DNA of 64,000 nt from Promethearchaeota archaeon (GTDB taxonomy: Archaea; Asgardarchaeota; Lokiarchaeia; Sigyniarchaeales; SOKP01). The notes beneath the pieces are model-generated. The model was given only the letters and a program-made list of their open reading frames with translations. It had not been told where the DNA came from and did no database searches. The stretch lies in NCBI GenBank assembly GCA_016839555.1, contig JAEOUA010000012.1, positions 96,001 to 160,000 of the forward strand, in the 5' to 3' direction. Below are positions 10,632 through 20,635 of the stretch, in pieces. Numbering within the stretch: the stretch's first letter is position 1; the number at the start of each line of letters is the position of its first letter. Made by a program: the position numbers and the translations under genes.

Positions 10632-11291
10632 TCATCCAGACAAGGCTTCATATATTTGTTCTCTGGTAATTTTACCTTCTCTGAGTATATCTATCTCGTG
10701 TTTTGTACAATCTACTATTGTAGTAGGAATTTTTGAGCGCGTCTCTCCGTTGTCTATGATAAAATCAATTGGATTTAAGAATTTTCTAGAAATTTCTTGC
10801 CCATCTGTTGATGGCTCTTCTCCAGCATAATTTGCCGATGTGCCAGCTATTCCTCCAAAATTCCCTTTCTTTTTTAATAAATTTAAAATTTCACGGATAA
10901 TTTCATTTTTTGGAACCCTTAATCCAATAGTCTCTTCGTTAGCACTCACCACAGGTGGAATAATGCATTGAGGTTTTCTTTTCAAAATTAATGATAATTC
11001 TCCAGGCCAGAATTGATCGGCTAACTTTCTGGCAGGATCATTGAATTCCGCAATCTTCTCTGCTTCTTGAATATCATACACGAGTAGTAAAAATCCTTTT
11101 GATGCATCTCTAAACTTGATATTAAATAATCTTTTAACAGCGTTAAGATTAGTTGGATCACATCCAAGTCCATATACAGAATCAGTAGGAAAAGCTATAA
11201 TATTACCATCAATGATGTTTTCTACGGCAATATCTAAAAAAACCTTTATGTCTTCAAGAGCTTTCCCAATTACTTTAACCAGAAATCCCAT
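10632..11291 (-). CDS. sua5: L-threonylcarbamoyladenylate synthase (Sua5/TsaC)
   Basis: AFPTDSVYGLGC, KFR, FWPGELS, GLRVP, TSAN. Confidence 0.93.
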   Translation of the reverse strand: MGFLVKVIGKALEDIKVFLDIAVENIIDGNIIAFPTDSVYGLGCDPTNLNAVKRLFNIKFRDASKGFLLLVYDIQEAEKIAEFNDPARKLADQFWPGELSLILKRKPQCIIPPVVSANEETIGLRVPKNEIIREILNLLKKKGNFGGIAGTSANYAGEEPSTDGQEISRKFLNPIDFIIDNGETRSKIPTTIVDCTKHEIDILREGKITREQIYEALSG

Positions 11292-11390
11292 TTCTAATTT
11301 TTATAATTCAATAAATCCAAAATAGTTAATTATCTAAAAGAAAGTATATTTTAATGACGCTTTTAAAATAATAATAAAATTTTAAAAATC

Positions 11391-12317
11391 TTATTGACAC
11401 CTAAGCTCGTTTTCAAGAGTTCTCCATTGTTTATCAATACGGTCTTGTAGTTCTATGAGTGCTTTCTCTGAAAGAGTAGAAAATCTTTTTTGAGTTTGGA
11501 CATAATCCATTAAAGGTAATCTTTTCTCTGGATCCAATAATCTCTTGCTTGCTTTTGAAAGAGTTTTCTTCCCATTCTCCACTTCATAAAGAATCCAAAA
11601 TCCACTTTTTACAGCCAATCTTGCAATCTCCACCGTATCTTCTGCCGGAAAGCCCCATCCAGGCGGGCAAGGTGCTAAAATATGAATATATCGACATCCC
11701 TTAATATTTTTTGCTTTTTTGAATTTCTCATATAGATCTAAGGGCTCTGAAATGCTACAAGTTGCCACATAGGGAATGTCATGCGCCTCCATTATACGTG
11801 GGACATCCTTTTTATACCTCTGTTTACCAAAGGGAGTGGTAGTTGTTTTTGCACCATGGGGTGTTGAACTGCTTCTCTGGATGCCGGTATTCATATACGC
11901 TTCATTATCATAACACACATAAAGTATATCTGAGTTTCGTTCAGCAGCACCGCTTAGTCCTTGTATTCCTATATCGGTAGTCCCTCCATCACCCGCGAAT
12001 ACTAAAGCTGTCATTTCATCCCATTTTCCCTCAGGAAATCGAAATGCTTTTGCCTTAAATGCGGCATCAAAGCCAGTAGCTGCTGCAGCGCCCGCTGCAA
12101 ATGCCATGTTAATAAATGGAAACTCTGGTGCTGTTTTTGGCCAAAGCCCCACAACTACATTCAAACAGGACGCAGGAGCGACTAAAGCGGTCTTGGGTCC
12201 TAAGGCTTTCATTGCCCAGCGAAGGGCTATTTCCAGACCACATCCCGCACAGCATGAATTTCCTGGAAGAAAATACTCTTCAGTTGCTTCCTCTAAAGCT
12301 TGTTTAAGACTAACCAT
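11391..12317 (-). CDS. porB: 2-oxoacid:ferredoxin oxidoreductase beta subunit (Por/Vor family, TPP-binding)
   Basis: CAGCG, GDGGTTDIG, YDNEAYMNTGIQRS, APCPPGW. Confidence 0.92.
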   Translation of the reverse strand: MVSLKQALEEATEEYFLPGNSCCAGCGLEIALRWAMKALGPKTALVAPASCLNVVVGLWPKTAPEFPFINMAFAAGAAAATGFDAAFKAKAFRFPEGKWDEMTALVFAGDGGTTDIGIQGLSGAAERNSDILYVCYDNEAYMNTGIQRSSSTPHGAKTTTTPFGKQRYKKDVPRIMEAHDIPYVATCSISEPLDLYEKFKKAKNIKGCRYIHILAPCPPGWGFPAEDTVEIARLAVKSGFWILYEVENGKKTLSKASKRLLDPEKRLPLMDYVQTQKRFSTLSEKALIELQDRIDKQWRTLENELRCQ

Positions 12318-13589
12318 TTATTTCACCTCTAATTTTCCATGCCAGAGAGTTCCATGAATTAAATCTTTTGGAAGCTCTCCAGTTTCATGCATTTTTACTA
12401 ATGTTTTTAATTGATCTTTTTGCTCTTCTAAACTCACTTCTCTTCCACCTAATCCTGAAATGATTGGCAATACTTGCGTTTTTATGCCCGTATTATAGAG
12501 GGAGGTCTTCACTTCACTGCTGACCGGACCACCTGTTGGTGAACCAAACGCTGTTGCGCGATCCACTACTCCTAAAACTTTTACCTTTTTTGCAGCTTTT
12601 CTTATATCTTCAACCGGAAACGGTCTAAAATGTCTCAATTTAAGCATTCCCACTTTATATCCTTCCTCTCTCAATTCATCTACTGCTTGCTCCATTTGTA
12701 ATGCTAAATCGCCATAAATAATAATACCAGCATCCGCATCATCTAAATGATATTCTTGAACTAATCCATTCCCGTAATTTCTCCCAAATTTTTTTTCAAA
12801 CTCTTTCGTCGCTTCCTTAATCTTTTCTTGGGCTTTCATCATCGCATCATGAATTTTTAATCGAAATTCGCTATAAAATCCAGATGGCATAATCAAATTT
12901 CCATGCATCATAGGTCTATCTGGATCAATGAAAATGTGAGGCCAGCCTTTTTCATCTGGTAAAGGTGGTAAATATTCGTCGACAATATCTTGATCTTCTA
13001 TGATAACTGGTTTAGAGGTATGTGATAGGATAAATCCACCATACGCAACAAATTTTGGTAAGAGAACATCATAATCTTCACAAACCTTATACGACATTAA
13101 AATTTCATCGTATATCTCTTGATGACTTGCCACGAAGGAACTTAACCATCCTGTATCTCTGGCCGCTATTACATCGGTGAAATCAGCCCAGATATTCCAT
13201 GGAGGCGCTACTCCGCGACTTACAATAGCTGTAACTATAGGTAGCCTACTAGAGCTCGCCCAATGAATCATTTCATACATGTAGAAAAGTCCCTGCCCCG
13301 CTGTTGCAGTAAATGTGCGTGTTCCTGCAATACTGGCTCCTACAATTGAAGCCATTACGGAGTGTTCACTCTCTACTTTAATATATTGAGTGCCTGGCAT
13401 TAATCCTCCATCGACGAATTCTGACAACTTTTCAACAACCGTAGTTTGGGGGGTAATAGGATAAGCACTAATGACTTGCACTCTAGCTGACTTAGCCGCA
13501 TAGGCTGTAGCTACATTTCCTTTTACAACTTTAATTTCCCTGTTTTGAATAAAATTTTTATGTTTCGCTTCAGTCATCTTCTGCTTCAC
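12318..13589 (-). CDS. porA: 2-oxoacid:ferredoxin oxidoreductase alpha subunit
   Basis: AYPITPQT, VESEHS, FTATAGQG, FRPFP, GLGGRE. Confidence 0.92.
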   Translation of the reverse strand: MKQKMTEAKHKNFIQNREIKVVKGNVATAYAAKSARVQVISAYPITPQTTVVEKLSEFVDGGLMPGTQYIKVESEHSVMASIVGASIAGTRTFTATAGQGLFYMYEMIHWASSSRLPIVTAIVSRGVAPPWNIWADFTDVIAARDTGWLSSFVASHQEIYDEILMSYKVCEDYDVLLPKFVAYGGFILSHTSKPVIIEDQDIVDEYLPPLPDEKGWPHIFIDPDRPMMHGNLIMPSGFYSEFRLKIHDAMMKAQEKIKEATKEFEKKFGRNYGNGLVQEYHLDDADAGIIIYGDLALQMEQAVDELREEGYKVGMLKLRHFRPFPVEDIRKAAKKVKVLGVVDRATAFGSPTGGPVSSEVKTSLYNTGIKTQVLPIISGLGGREVSLEEQKDQLKTLVKMHETGELPKDLIHGTLWHGKLEVK

Positions 13590-13923
13590 TCTCCCGAATC
13601 ATTTTAATATTGTTTGTCGGGCATTCTCTAGCGCAGATTCCACAGCCTTTACAATATATATAGTCTATTTCAAAGCTGCCATCCTCTTTTTTGCTAATAA
13701 TACCCTCTGGACAATATAACCAGCAAATCCCACATTTGTTACACCCTTCTAAAATTACAGGTCTGAACGTTCGCCAATCTCCCGTTATTCCTATACTCGC
13801 TTTTATTGGTAAAGAGATAGGAATTGGAGGCAGCTCTTTCCAATTTTTATATTCTTGAATTTCAGGCCTTTCTTCTCTGGATTTATTAATTTTTTTCCAT
13901 TTTTCTGTTTCTGATTTGCTCAT
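13570..13923 (-). CDS. porD: 2-oxoacid:ferredoxin oxidoreductase delta subunit (2x[4Fe-4S])
   Basis: TGDWRTFRP, CNKCGICWLYCP, YCKGCGICARECP. Confidence 0.93.
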   Translation of the reverse strand: MSKSETEKWKKINKSREERPEIQEYKNWKELPPIPISLPIKASIGITGDWRTFRPVILEGCNKCGICWLYCPEGIISKKEDGSFEIDYIYCKGCGICARECPTNNIKMIRESEAEDD

Positions 13924-14501
13924 TATTTAACCTCCTTAACTGAGTTAAAAGCCTCCTTGGCAACTTTCATGTTTAAAGTAGTTCGACTCTCCCCAAACTC
14001 TTTCATTAAGACTTTTTTCATGGTTTCAAGATCATAAAATCCCGTAATTTTGCCAAAAGCAGCTAACATAGGAACGTTTAATATCGGTCCGCTTGAAATC
14101 ATAAACTTATGTTCAATACATATTCCGGTGGCATCCACCATATATATCTTTAAATTTTCTGGTAATCCTTGTGTATCAATAGGTTTGTCGGTATTCACGA
14201 TTAATATTGTTCCTTCTTTTATACTCTCTCTTATTCTTGGAATCTCCAATAAGGTTGTATCAAAAATGAATTGATAATCTGGATGAGACACACTTTCATA
14301 TGCTTTTATTTGTTTTTCTTTTGAGATTTTAGTAAAGGCACTGATGGGGGCACCTCTACGTTCTGCTCCTATAATAGGAATAGCAAACACGTCAGTGAAT
14401 CCATTCTCAAAAGCAAATTTAGCCAAAAGCTGACTCGCGGTAACTGCTGTCTGTCCTCCGCGTCCAGCAAATGAAATCTCAATTATTCCGTTCGCCATCA
14501 A
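13923..14501 (-). CDS. porG: 2-oxoacid:ferredoxin oxidoreductase gamma subunit
   Basis: GRGGQ, GAERRGAP, VDATGI, NVPMLAA. Confidence 0.92.
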   Translation of the reverse strand: MMANGIIEISFAGRGGQTAVTASQLLAKFAFENGFTDVFAIPIIGAERRGAPISAFTKISKEKQIKAYESVSHPDYQFIFDTTLLEIPRIRESIKEGTILIVNTDKPIDTQGLPENLKIYMVDATGICIEHKFMISSGPILNVPMLAAFGKITGFYDLETMKKVLMKEFGESRTTLNMKVAKEAFNSVKEVK

Positions 14502-14548
14502 TTTTTTCCAACTTTTTCTTTTTGATTTTTAATAATATTTATTTAATC

Positions 14549-14596
14549 AATACAACCAAGAAAAAAAGTTCAAACCAAGATTTTTTTGGTTGTATT
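14549..14596 (-). promoter_or_regulatory. Putative attenuator hairpin/U-tract between the Ile/Leu/Val leader and porG
   Basis: Perfect 11-bp inverted repeat AATACAACCAA/TTGGTTGTATT overlapping the leader stop, enclosing a second TCTTGGTT copy and a T7 tract on the transcript strand. Confidence 0.6.
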
Positions 14597-14699
14597 ATAA
14601 AATTGAAATAATTACTACTACTTGTAGTAATAAAATTACAATACCTAATAATAATAAGTTTAGAACTGGTGCTGCATTATTATAGTCCATAGAAATCAT
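14595..14699 (-). CDS. Putative Ile/Leu/Val attenuation leader peptide MISMDYNNAAPVLNLLLLGIVILLLQVVVIISIL (34 aa)
   Basis: Translated by hand; 19 of the last 23 codons are I/L/V; co-oriented and about 94 nt upstream of porG; alternative ATG at 14690. Confidence 0.65.
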   Translation of the reverse strand: MISMDYNNAAPVLNLLLLGIVILLLQVVVIISIL

Positions 14700-14904
14700 A
14701 GTGTTCTAACCTTTAATTATTATTATATTATCTATTTTTAAGTGGTAAATTTTTTTTTAATTAAAAATTTTTTGATTAGATATGAAAAATTAAAGATAAT
14801 GATCAATTACCTATCTTAATCTGAAATGAATGTTATATTTTCTATAAAGATTTTTAAGATTTAATAGTAATTAATAATAAAAGTTTAAATCCCCTATAAA
14901 GTCA

Positions 14905-15432
14905 ATGAACACCTTACGCTGTCCCAAATGTAAAGAGGGAATAATAGAGATTTCCAAAACGATATATAATCTCCCGGATAATGACAAAATGCTTTTAATA
15001 AAATTAGAATGCAACAAGTGCGATTTTATTAATAAAGATATTATCCCAATAACAACTCGAACCGAACCGGGTATCTCACAATTAAAAATAACTAATGAAA
15101 AAGACCTTATATCTAAAGTGTATCGATCCCCCACAGCAAAAATAGAGATTCCTGAATTAGAACTAGAAGCTGAACCTGGCCCAGCAGCCCCTTTTTATTT
15201 CACCAATATTGAGGGAATATTAAATAGGTTTGAAAAAGCAGTAATTTCATATAAAAATGCATTAGTAGCAGATCAACTTGAAACTAAAGATATTGATGTA
15301 ATCCTTGAAAATATAAAAAAAGCGTATGATGGAAATTTTTCTTTTACCTTGAAAATTATCGACCAAAGTGGAGGAAGTTATATAATCCCGGAAGATAAAT
15401 CAAAATACAGTTTTATAAAACTTCACTCATAA
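14905..15432 (+). CDS. ZPR1 zinc-finger domain protein
   Basis: CPKC..CNKC, VYRSPTAKIEIPELELEAEPG, TNIEGIL, IIDQSGGSYI. Confidence 0.9.
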   Translation: MNTLRCPKCKEGIIEISKTIYNLPDNDKMLLIKLECNKCDFINKDIIPITTRTEPGISQLKITNEKDLISKVYRSPTAKIEIPELELEAEPGPAAPFYFTNIEGILNRFEKAVISYKNALVADQLETKDIDVILENIKKAYDGNFSFTLKIIDQSGGSYIIPEDKSKYSFIKLHS

Positions 15433-15542
15433 TTTCTTACGAATGATTATAAGTTGTTATTTTCAACAATAATAAGTGTTAGGAATTATATAAAAGTAAA
15501 ACTCTTCTAAGAATGTAGTAAATTATTAATAAGTGATAAAAT

Positions 15543-16382
15543 ATGTATAAATATGGCGTAAATCTATTATTATGGACAAGTTATTTTACTCAAAATAATT
15601 TAAATTTGTTTCCTCTCGTAAAAAGTTTAGGTTTAAATGTAGTAGAGATACCCTTGTTTAGTCCCGAAAAATTTCCTACAAAAAAAGTAAAAAAGGAGCT
15701 CGAAAAATATGATTTAGAAGCATGCGGGTGTTATGGATGTTCTGCTGATGCTGATATTGCTTCTCTTGATGAAGATGTTCGAAAAAGAGGCATTGAAAGG
15801 TTTAAATTGGCCATTGATAAAGCTCATATGATCGGTGCTAAAAAAATCGGAGGTGTATTATATAAAGCAGGGGGCATCTTTACAGGATCCGCACCAAGTA
15901 ATGAGGAATGGACTTCTTCTGTCAATTCAATGAAAGAAATTGCAAAGTATGCTTCTCAATATGATATTTCAATCTGTATTGAACCGGTTAATCGCTATGA
16001 AACTTATTTTATCAATACAGCAGAGGATGCGGTAAAATATTGTAAAGATGTAGGCGAGCCTAATATCTCAGTATTATTAGATACACATCATATGAATATA
16101 GAAGAATCTAACTTTAATGATCCAATTATAAACACCGATCATTATTTGGGACATTTTCATGCTTCTGAAAATAATCGTGGAATACCAGGCACAGGTCTCG
16201 TAGATTGGGTTCAAGTCTATAAGGCATTAAAACAAATTAAATATAAAGGAAGAGTGATAATAGAATCGTTTTATCTTGGTTTTGGAAATATCTGGAAGAA
16301 AGTTGCAAAATCACCCAAGATTTTGTTGACACAAGGATTGAAATTTCTTAAAAGCGTTGAGCAAGAAGTATTTCAAGAATAA
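15543..16382 (+). CDS. D-psicose/D-tagatose 3-epimerase family sugar epimerase
   Basis: EPVNRYET, LDTHHMNIEE, HFHASENNRGIPGTG, IESF. Confidence 0.88.
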   Translation: MYKYGVNLLLWTSYFTQNNLNLFPLVKSLGLNVVEIPLFSPEKFPTKKVKKELEKYDLEACGCYGCSADADIASLDEDVRKRGIERFKLAIDKAHMIGAKKIGGVLYKAGGIFTGSAPSNEEWTSSVNSMKEIAKYASQYDISICIEPVNRYETYFINTAEDAVKYCKDVGEPNISVLLDTHHMNIEESNFNDPIINTDHYLGHFHASENNRGIPGTGLVDWVQVYKALKQIKYKGRVIIESFYLGFGNIWKKVAKSPKILLTQGLKFLKSVEQEVFQE

Positions 16383-16632
16383 TTTTTAATTCTTAATTTC
16401 TGGTTAAAGTTTTTTAGAATTCAAATCTATAATAATTATAAAAGAGATTTATACTAAAATATAATATATTTTAATGTGAGTTGAATTATGAAATGGCGAA
16501 AAGAATGAATATTGGGATACTAAAATTCTTTATTTAGTTTAAATTTCTCCGTTTTCCCAAACATTTATTTAAAAGTTTTTTATTGCATGGTTAAAAATGT
16601 ATTTGATTAAAACCCAAAAAATAAAAGGAAAA

Positions 16633-17808
16633 TTATTTTTTAGATAAATATCGAATCTTGACCAACAATTCTCTCAGTTCCATTAAATCCTTATCCTCAT
16701 CAACATAACTTTTTTTAACTCCTTCTGAAAAAGGAAGATGCTTTATTTCTTTTCCCCTCAAAGAAACCATTTCACCAAAATTACCATTTAATACTAGATT
16801 CACAGCAGCGAGTCCAAAACGTAATCCTAAAATTCTATCAAAAGCATTTGGCGTTCCGGCTCTCATAGTATGTCCAAGTACAACACTTCTTATCTCAAGC
16901 TCCGTATCATTCTTCCTAAATTCTTCTTTTAAATCCATCCTGGATCTCAATTCCTCAACTAACAATTCTGAAATATTTAAATAGTTGAGTTTTGGGTTTC
17001 CAAATGGATCTTTTGGTAAATTATCAAGAGTTTCTTGAGAGATAGTAGTTAATTGGTTTTCTAATGAATTTTTAGAAGGATAAGCTCCTTCAGCACACGC
17101 AATTATATGATACTTATAACCTGCATTAACTCTTTCCTTAAGAACGTTAACAATATCTTTATTAAAATCGAATGCTTTTTCAGGAATTAATATAATATCA
17201 GCTCCCGCGGATAATCCACTGTATAAAGTTAAAAAGCCTGTATCTCTTCCAAAAATTTCTACAATAAACACTCTCTGGTGCGAACGAGCAGTAGTGGTTA
17301 AGTTATCTAAAATATTGGAAGCTAATTGAGTCCCACTCCAAAAACCAAAAGTGTAATCTGTTCCCTTAATATCGTTATCAATCGTCTTGGGGCAGCCCAC
17401 AACCTTAGCATTAGTATGTTTAAATAAGGTGGCTGCAACCCCTAAGGTATCATCCCCTCCAATTGCTATGAGCGCATCTATTCCCAGCTCTTCGAACTTT
17501 TGATGCATGGTTTGAGCTATTTCTTTCTCTTTTTCTTCTTTTTCCCTTTCGTTTTCTATTCCAAGGGTAGCCTTAAAAGGATTTGTTCTACTCGTATATA
17601 ATAGGGTCCCTCCTTTTGTGTGTAAATCATCTTGTTCAGCGATATTTAAGGGAATAGTGAGACTTTCCATGAATCCTTTCCATCCTTTCTCGATTCCCAC
17701 GCATTCAATATTTGAATCATAGGCTTTCAACATTGTGCCATATATGACTCCATTAAGGCCTGGAGCATCACCTCCGCCCGTTAATATACCAATTTTTTTA
17801 ATTGTCAT
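16633..17808 (-). CDS. pfkA: 6-phosphofructokinase, PfkA family, probably PPi-dependent
   Basis: TGGGDAPGLN, GGDDT, PKTIDND, LGHTMRAG; GGDD Asp and PKTIDND Lys are the PPi-type residues. Confidence 0.9.
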   Translation of the reverse strand: MTIKKIGILTGGGDAPGLNGVIYGTMLKAYDSNIECVGIEKGWKGFMESLTIPLNIAEQDDLHTKGGTLLYTSRTNPFKATLGIENEREKEEKEKEIAQTMHQKFEELGIDALIAIGGDDTLGVAATLFKHTNAKVVGCPKTIDNDIKGTDYTFGFWSGTQLASNILDNLTTTARSHQRVFIVEIFGRDTGFLTLYSGLSAGADIILIPEKAFDFNKDIVNVLKERVNAGYKYHIIACAEGAYPSKNSLENQLTTISQETLDNLPKDPFGNPKLNYLNISELLVEELRSRMDLKEEFRKNDTELEIRSVVLGHTMRAGTPNAFDRILGLRFGLAAVNLVLNGNFGEMVSLRGKEIKHLPFSEGVKKSYVDEDKDLMELRELLVKIRYLSKK

Positions 17809-18159
17809 ACAATCATTTGAGTTTTCTAATTATAATTGAATTATTTTACATTCGTAGAATATGCTTATTATTATAAAAATTTGTGTATTAATTCATAAAA
17901 AAGAGCCATAAAATAAGCTATTCTTCTTTTGTTTTATCTTATTTTTTCAATCTATAATAATAAAGATTCGTCAAATCCATTTTTACTACCTTCTGGAGCT
18001 ACTAATTCCAGAACCAATTCATTTCTTTCATCAAATTATTTGAAATATATTTAAATATAAATTAATCATTAAATAGAATCATATTTCATTCTATAAATTA
18101 GCAGTAATTGATATATAAAAATATTAAAGAAAATAAAAAATAATATTAATTATATCTAT

Positions 18160-19398
18160 TTACCCGTAATGTTTTTCATCTTCTGCTTCTGAGTCAATGG
18201 CATCTTGTTCCACATCTCTACCTAGCCATTTTTCGCTTAGAATTTCATTATAATATTCATGCTGGATGATTAATGACATTATTTCATTAGTACCCGTCCA
18301 TATCATACTTAATCTACCATCTCTTAAAAGACGTTCAATAGGATATACTGTGGTATAACCAATTCCTGCCATAATCTGCATAGCATTATTAATAACTTTC
18401 CAACAAGCTTCTGTAGAGAATTTTTTAGATTCAGATACCAATCTTCTCTGAATGTTAGGAGGAGCTCCTTTATCAATTGCTGTTGCGGTATTATAGACTT
18501 GTGATCTCGCAGCATCTAAAAGAGTAATGCTTTCTGCTATATTAAAGCTCACGGCTTCAAATTTTTTGATAATTCTACCAAAAGCCTTTCTTTTTGCGCT
18601 GTATTTTGTTGCAATTCTTAAACAAGCTCTTGCTGTTCCTAAGACCCCTGCTGCGGTCGTCATTCGTTCTGGCACCATCATCTGGTAGAAAATTTTGCCT
18701 CCATCTCCCTCATTTCCTATCATATTTTCCGCAGGAACCTTTACATTGGAAAATTTCAGCCTTCCTGCACCACCCCCACGAGTTCCCATTAATCCATATA
18801 TGTATTCGGTACTTACATTATCATCCTTATCAACAATAAATAAGCTGATTGATTCATGAGATCTGGCTTCTGGATCTGTTTTGGCATACACTAAAAAGAA
18901 ATCGGCTCCCTCTGCTCCGACCACAAATCGCTTTTCTCCATTTAAGATATAATAATCCCCTTCTCTAACTGCAGTAGTGGTTGCACCAAAGAAATCAGAT
19001 CCTCCACGTGGTTCTGTTAAGGCCTCTGCTGTATATAACTCCCCCTTTAACATGGGAACGAGATACTTCTGCTTTTGCTCCTCTGAACCAAACATGTTTA
19101 ACGCCTCTCCACATATGCTTACCAGAGAATAGAGACAGCCGAGCGACATTCCTAATACTCCAATTTCTTCTAAAGCTACTACTTCACTTCGCCAATTTAA
19201 GCCTCTTCCACCATATTCTTTTGGAAATCTCAATCCAATAAGATTGTATTGACCAAGCTTTTGCAAATATTCTGTTGGATACTGAATTTCATCCTTGTCC
19301 ATTTGTTTTAAAAGAGAATGAGGCACTTCATCTCTTACAAATGCTCTCGTCTCTTTCATTATTTGCTTTTCGGTCTCACTACTAATATACTCAAACAT
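18160..19398 (-). CDS. Acyl-CoA dehydrogenase
   Basis: [45 protein letters not shown]. Confidence 0.93.
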   Translation of the reverse strand: MFEYISSETEKQIMKETRAFVRDEVPHSLLKQMDKDEIQYPTEYLQKLGQYNLIGLRFPKEYGGRGLNWRSEVVALEEIGVLGMSLGCLYSLVSICGEALNMFGSEEQKQKYLVPMLKGELYTAEALTEPRGGSDFFGATTTAVREGDYYILNGEKRFVVGAEGADFFLVYAKTDPEARSHESISLFIVDKDDNVSTEYIYGLMGTRGGGAGRLKFSNVKVPAENMIGNEGDGGKIFYQMMVPERMTTAAGVLGTARACLRIATKYSAKRKAFGRIIKKFEAVSFNIAESITLLDAARSQVYNTATAIDKGAPPNIQRRLVSESKKFSTEACWKVINNAMQIMAGIGYTTVYPIERLLRDGRLSMIWTGTNEIMSLIIQHEYYNEILSEKWLGRDVEQDAIDSEAEDEKHYG

Positions 19399-19570
19399 AT
19401 CTAATATTCCTCAAAAATCTTGATAGTTTTTAATATTAATATAATTTATTCGAAAAATTGAGTTATTACTTTAACAATATATAGTCCTTTTGCTAAAATA
19501 AGTTTTCTTAGAATATAGAATCTTTTTCGAATAATTTAATATTCAATAGGATTTAATGATAAATAAATCA

Positions 19571-19592
19571 TCGTGAAATTTCTGTTTCACGA
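19571..19592. promoter_or_regulatory. Palindrome upstream of acyl-CoA dehydrogenase / downstream of the tRNA (operator or terminator)
   Basis: TCGTGAAA-N6-TTTCACGA perfect 8-bp inverted repeat. Confidence 0.4.
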
Positions 19593-19649
19593 ATTATTAG
19601 CTATATTATGATAATATAATAAATTAATACAATTATTTAATAGAAAAAG

Positions 19650-19723
19650 TGGGAGAGACGGGATTCGAACCCGCGACCTCTCAGCCCCCAGCCGAGAATC
19701 ATACCAAGCTAGACTACCCTCCC
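19650..19723 (-). tRNA. tRNA-Pro (GGG), intronless, CCA not encoded
   Basis: Acceptor stem GGGAGGG/CTCTCCC, anticodon arm CTCGG-CTGGGGG-CTGAG, T-loop GGTTCGAATCC. Confidence 0.95.
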
Positions 19724-19936
19724 ACAGAATTGATAGGGATAGGACATCTGTTAATGAAAATTTACCGTAGCAAATAAAATTTGTTAATAAGATGGATAAT
19801 TAATCAAGCCTTAACTTTGTCAAAAAAAAATTTCTTTTCTATATTTCTATTTCAATTGATTTTATATTTCTAACTCATAATTTTTATATTATTTATTATG
19901 TTTTATTTCTTAAATACGGAAGAGTAAAGCTATATA

Positions 19937-20227
19937 ATGAGATCAAGAAAACCATTTATTATTATGTGGCCGCAATATTTTGAAGCGAAAAAAACGCGGA
20001 GCGAAGGAAGGCGCCTTCCACAAAATCTAGCTGTCGATAAGATTACGATAAAAGAAATCGTTAATGCTGCAAACAAATTAGGGTATGAAAACCAAGTTGA
20101 ACCCCATTTAAAATATCCGAAAGAATGGTGGGAAACTAGTGGTAGAATCCTTGTTAATACGAAAGGCAAGAAAAAATCAAAAGTATTAAAAGAAATAGCT
20201 AAAGAGATCAGAAAAAGTAGGGGATAG
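19937..20227 (+). CDS. srp19: Signal recognition particle protein SRP19
   Basis: WPQYF..KTRSEGRR, YPKEWW..SGRILV. Confidence 0.95.
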   Translation: MRSRKPFIIMWPQYFEAKKTRSEGRRLPQNLAVDKITIKEIVNAANKLGYENQVEPHLKYPKEWWETSGRILVNTKGKKKSKVLKEIAKEIRKSRG

Positions 20228-20238
20228 ATCTAATAGAT

Positions 20239-20610
20239 ATGCATGAATTTGCGTTCGCTCACAAAATTTATAAAATCGCTGAAGAAACAGCAAAGAAATA
20301 TAAAGCAAAAAAAATAACTGTTATTTATTTGGAGATTGGTGAATTAACTCTTATAATTCCAGAATTACTTAGAGAATCGTTTAAAATAGCAACATCAGGG
20401 ACTATTGCAGAAGGAGCTGAGCTAAAAATCGAGATTCTTCCGGGTAAAATAAAATGTAGAGCGTGTGGAAAAATATCAGAAATACAAATTACAAGAGAAG
20501 CAAAATTAACGGGTTTACAACTCTTTCAATGTAAATATTGTAAAAGTAAAAATACAGAAATCATATTTGGAAAGAGCGCCAATGTGAAAAATATTCAAAT
20601 ACAACAATAA
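20239..20610 (+). CDS. hypA: Hydrogenase nickel maturation factor HypA
   Basis: MHE N-terminus, IGELT, CRAC..CKYC. Confidence 0.92.
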   Translation: MHEFAFAHKIYKIAEETAKKYKAKKITVIYLEIGELTLIIPELLRESFKIATSGTIAEGAELKIEILPGKIKCRACGKISEIQITREAKLTGLQLFQCKYCKSKNTEIIFGKSANVKNIQIQQ

Positions 20611-20635
20611 TAATAGTTTTACGGGAATAAGTAAT

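Noticed and set aside
14871-15134. 87-aa minus-strand ORF near the por promoter region
   Set aside because: Antisense to ZPR1; not the leader
16440-16600. Tiny ATG-started frames between the epimerase and pfk
   Set aside because: No enrichment, no downstream co-oriented gene, no recognisable homology
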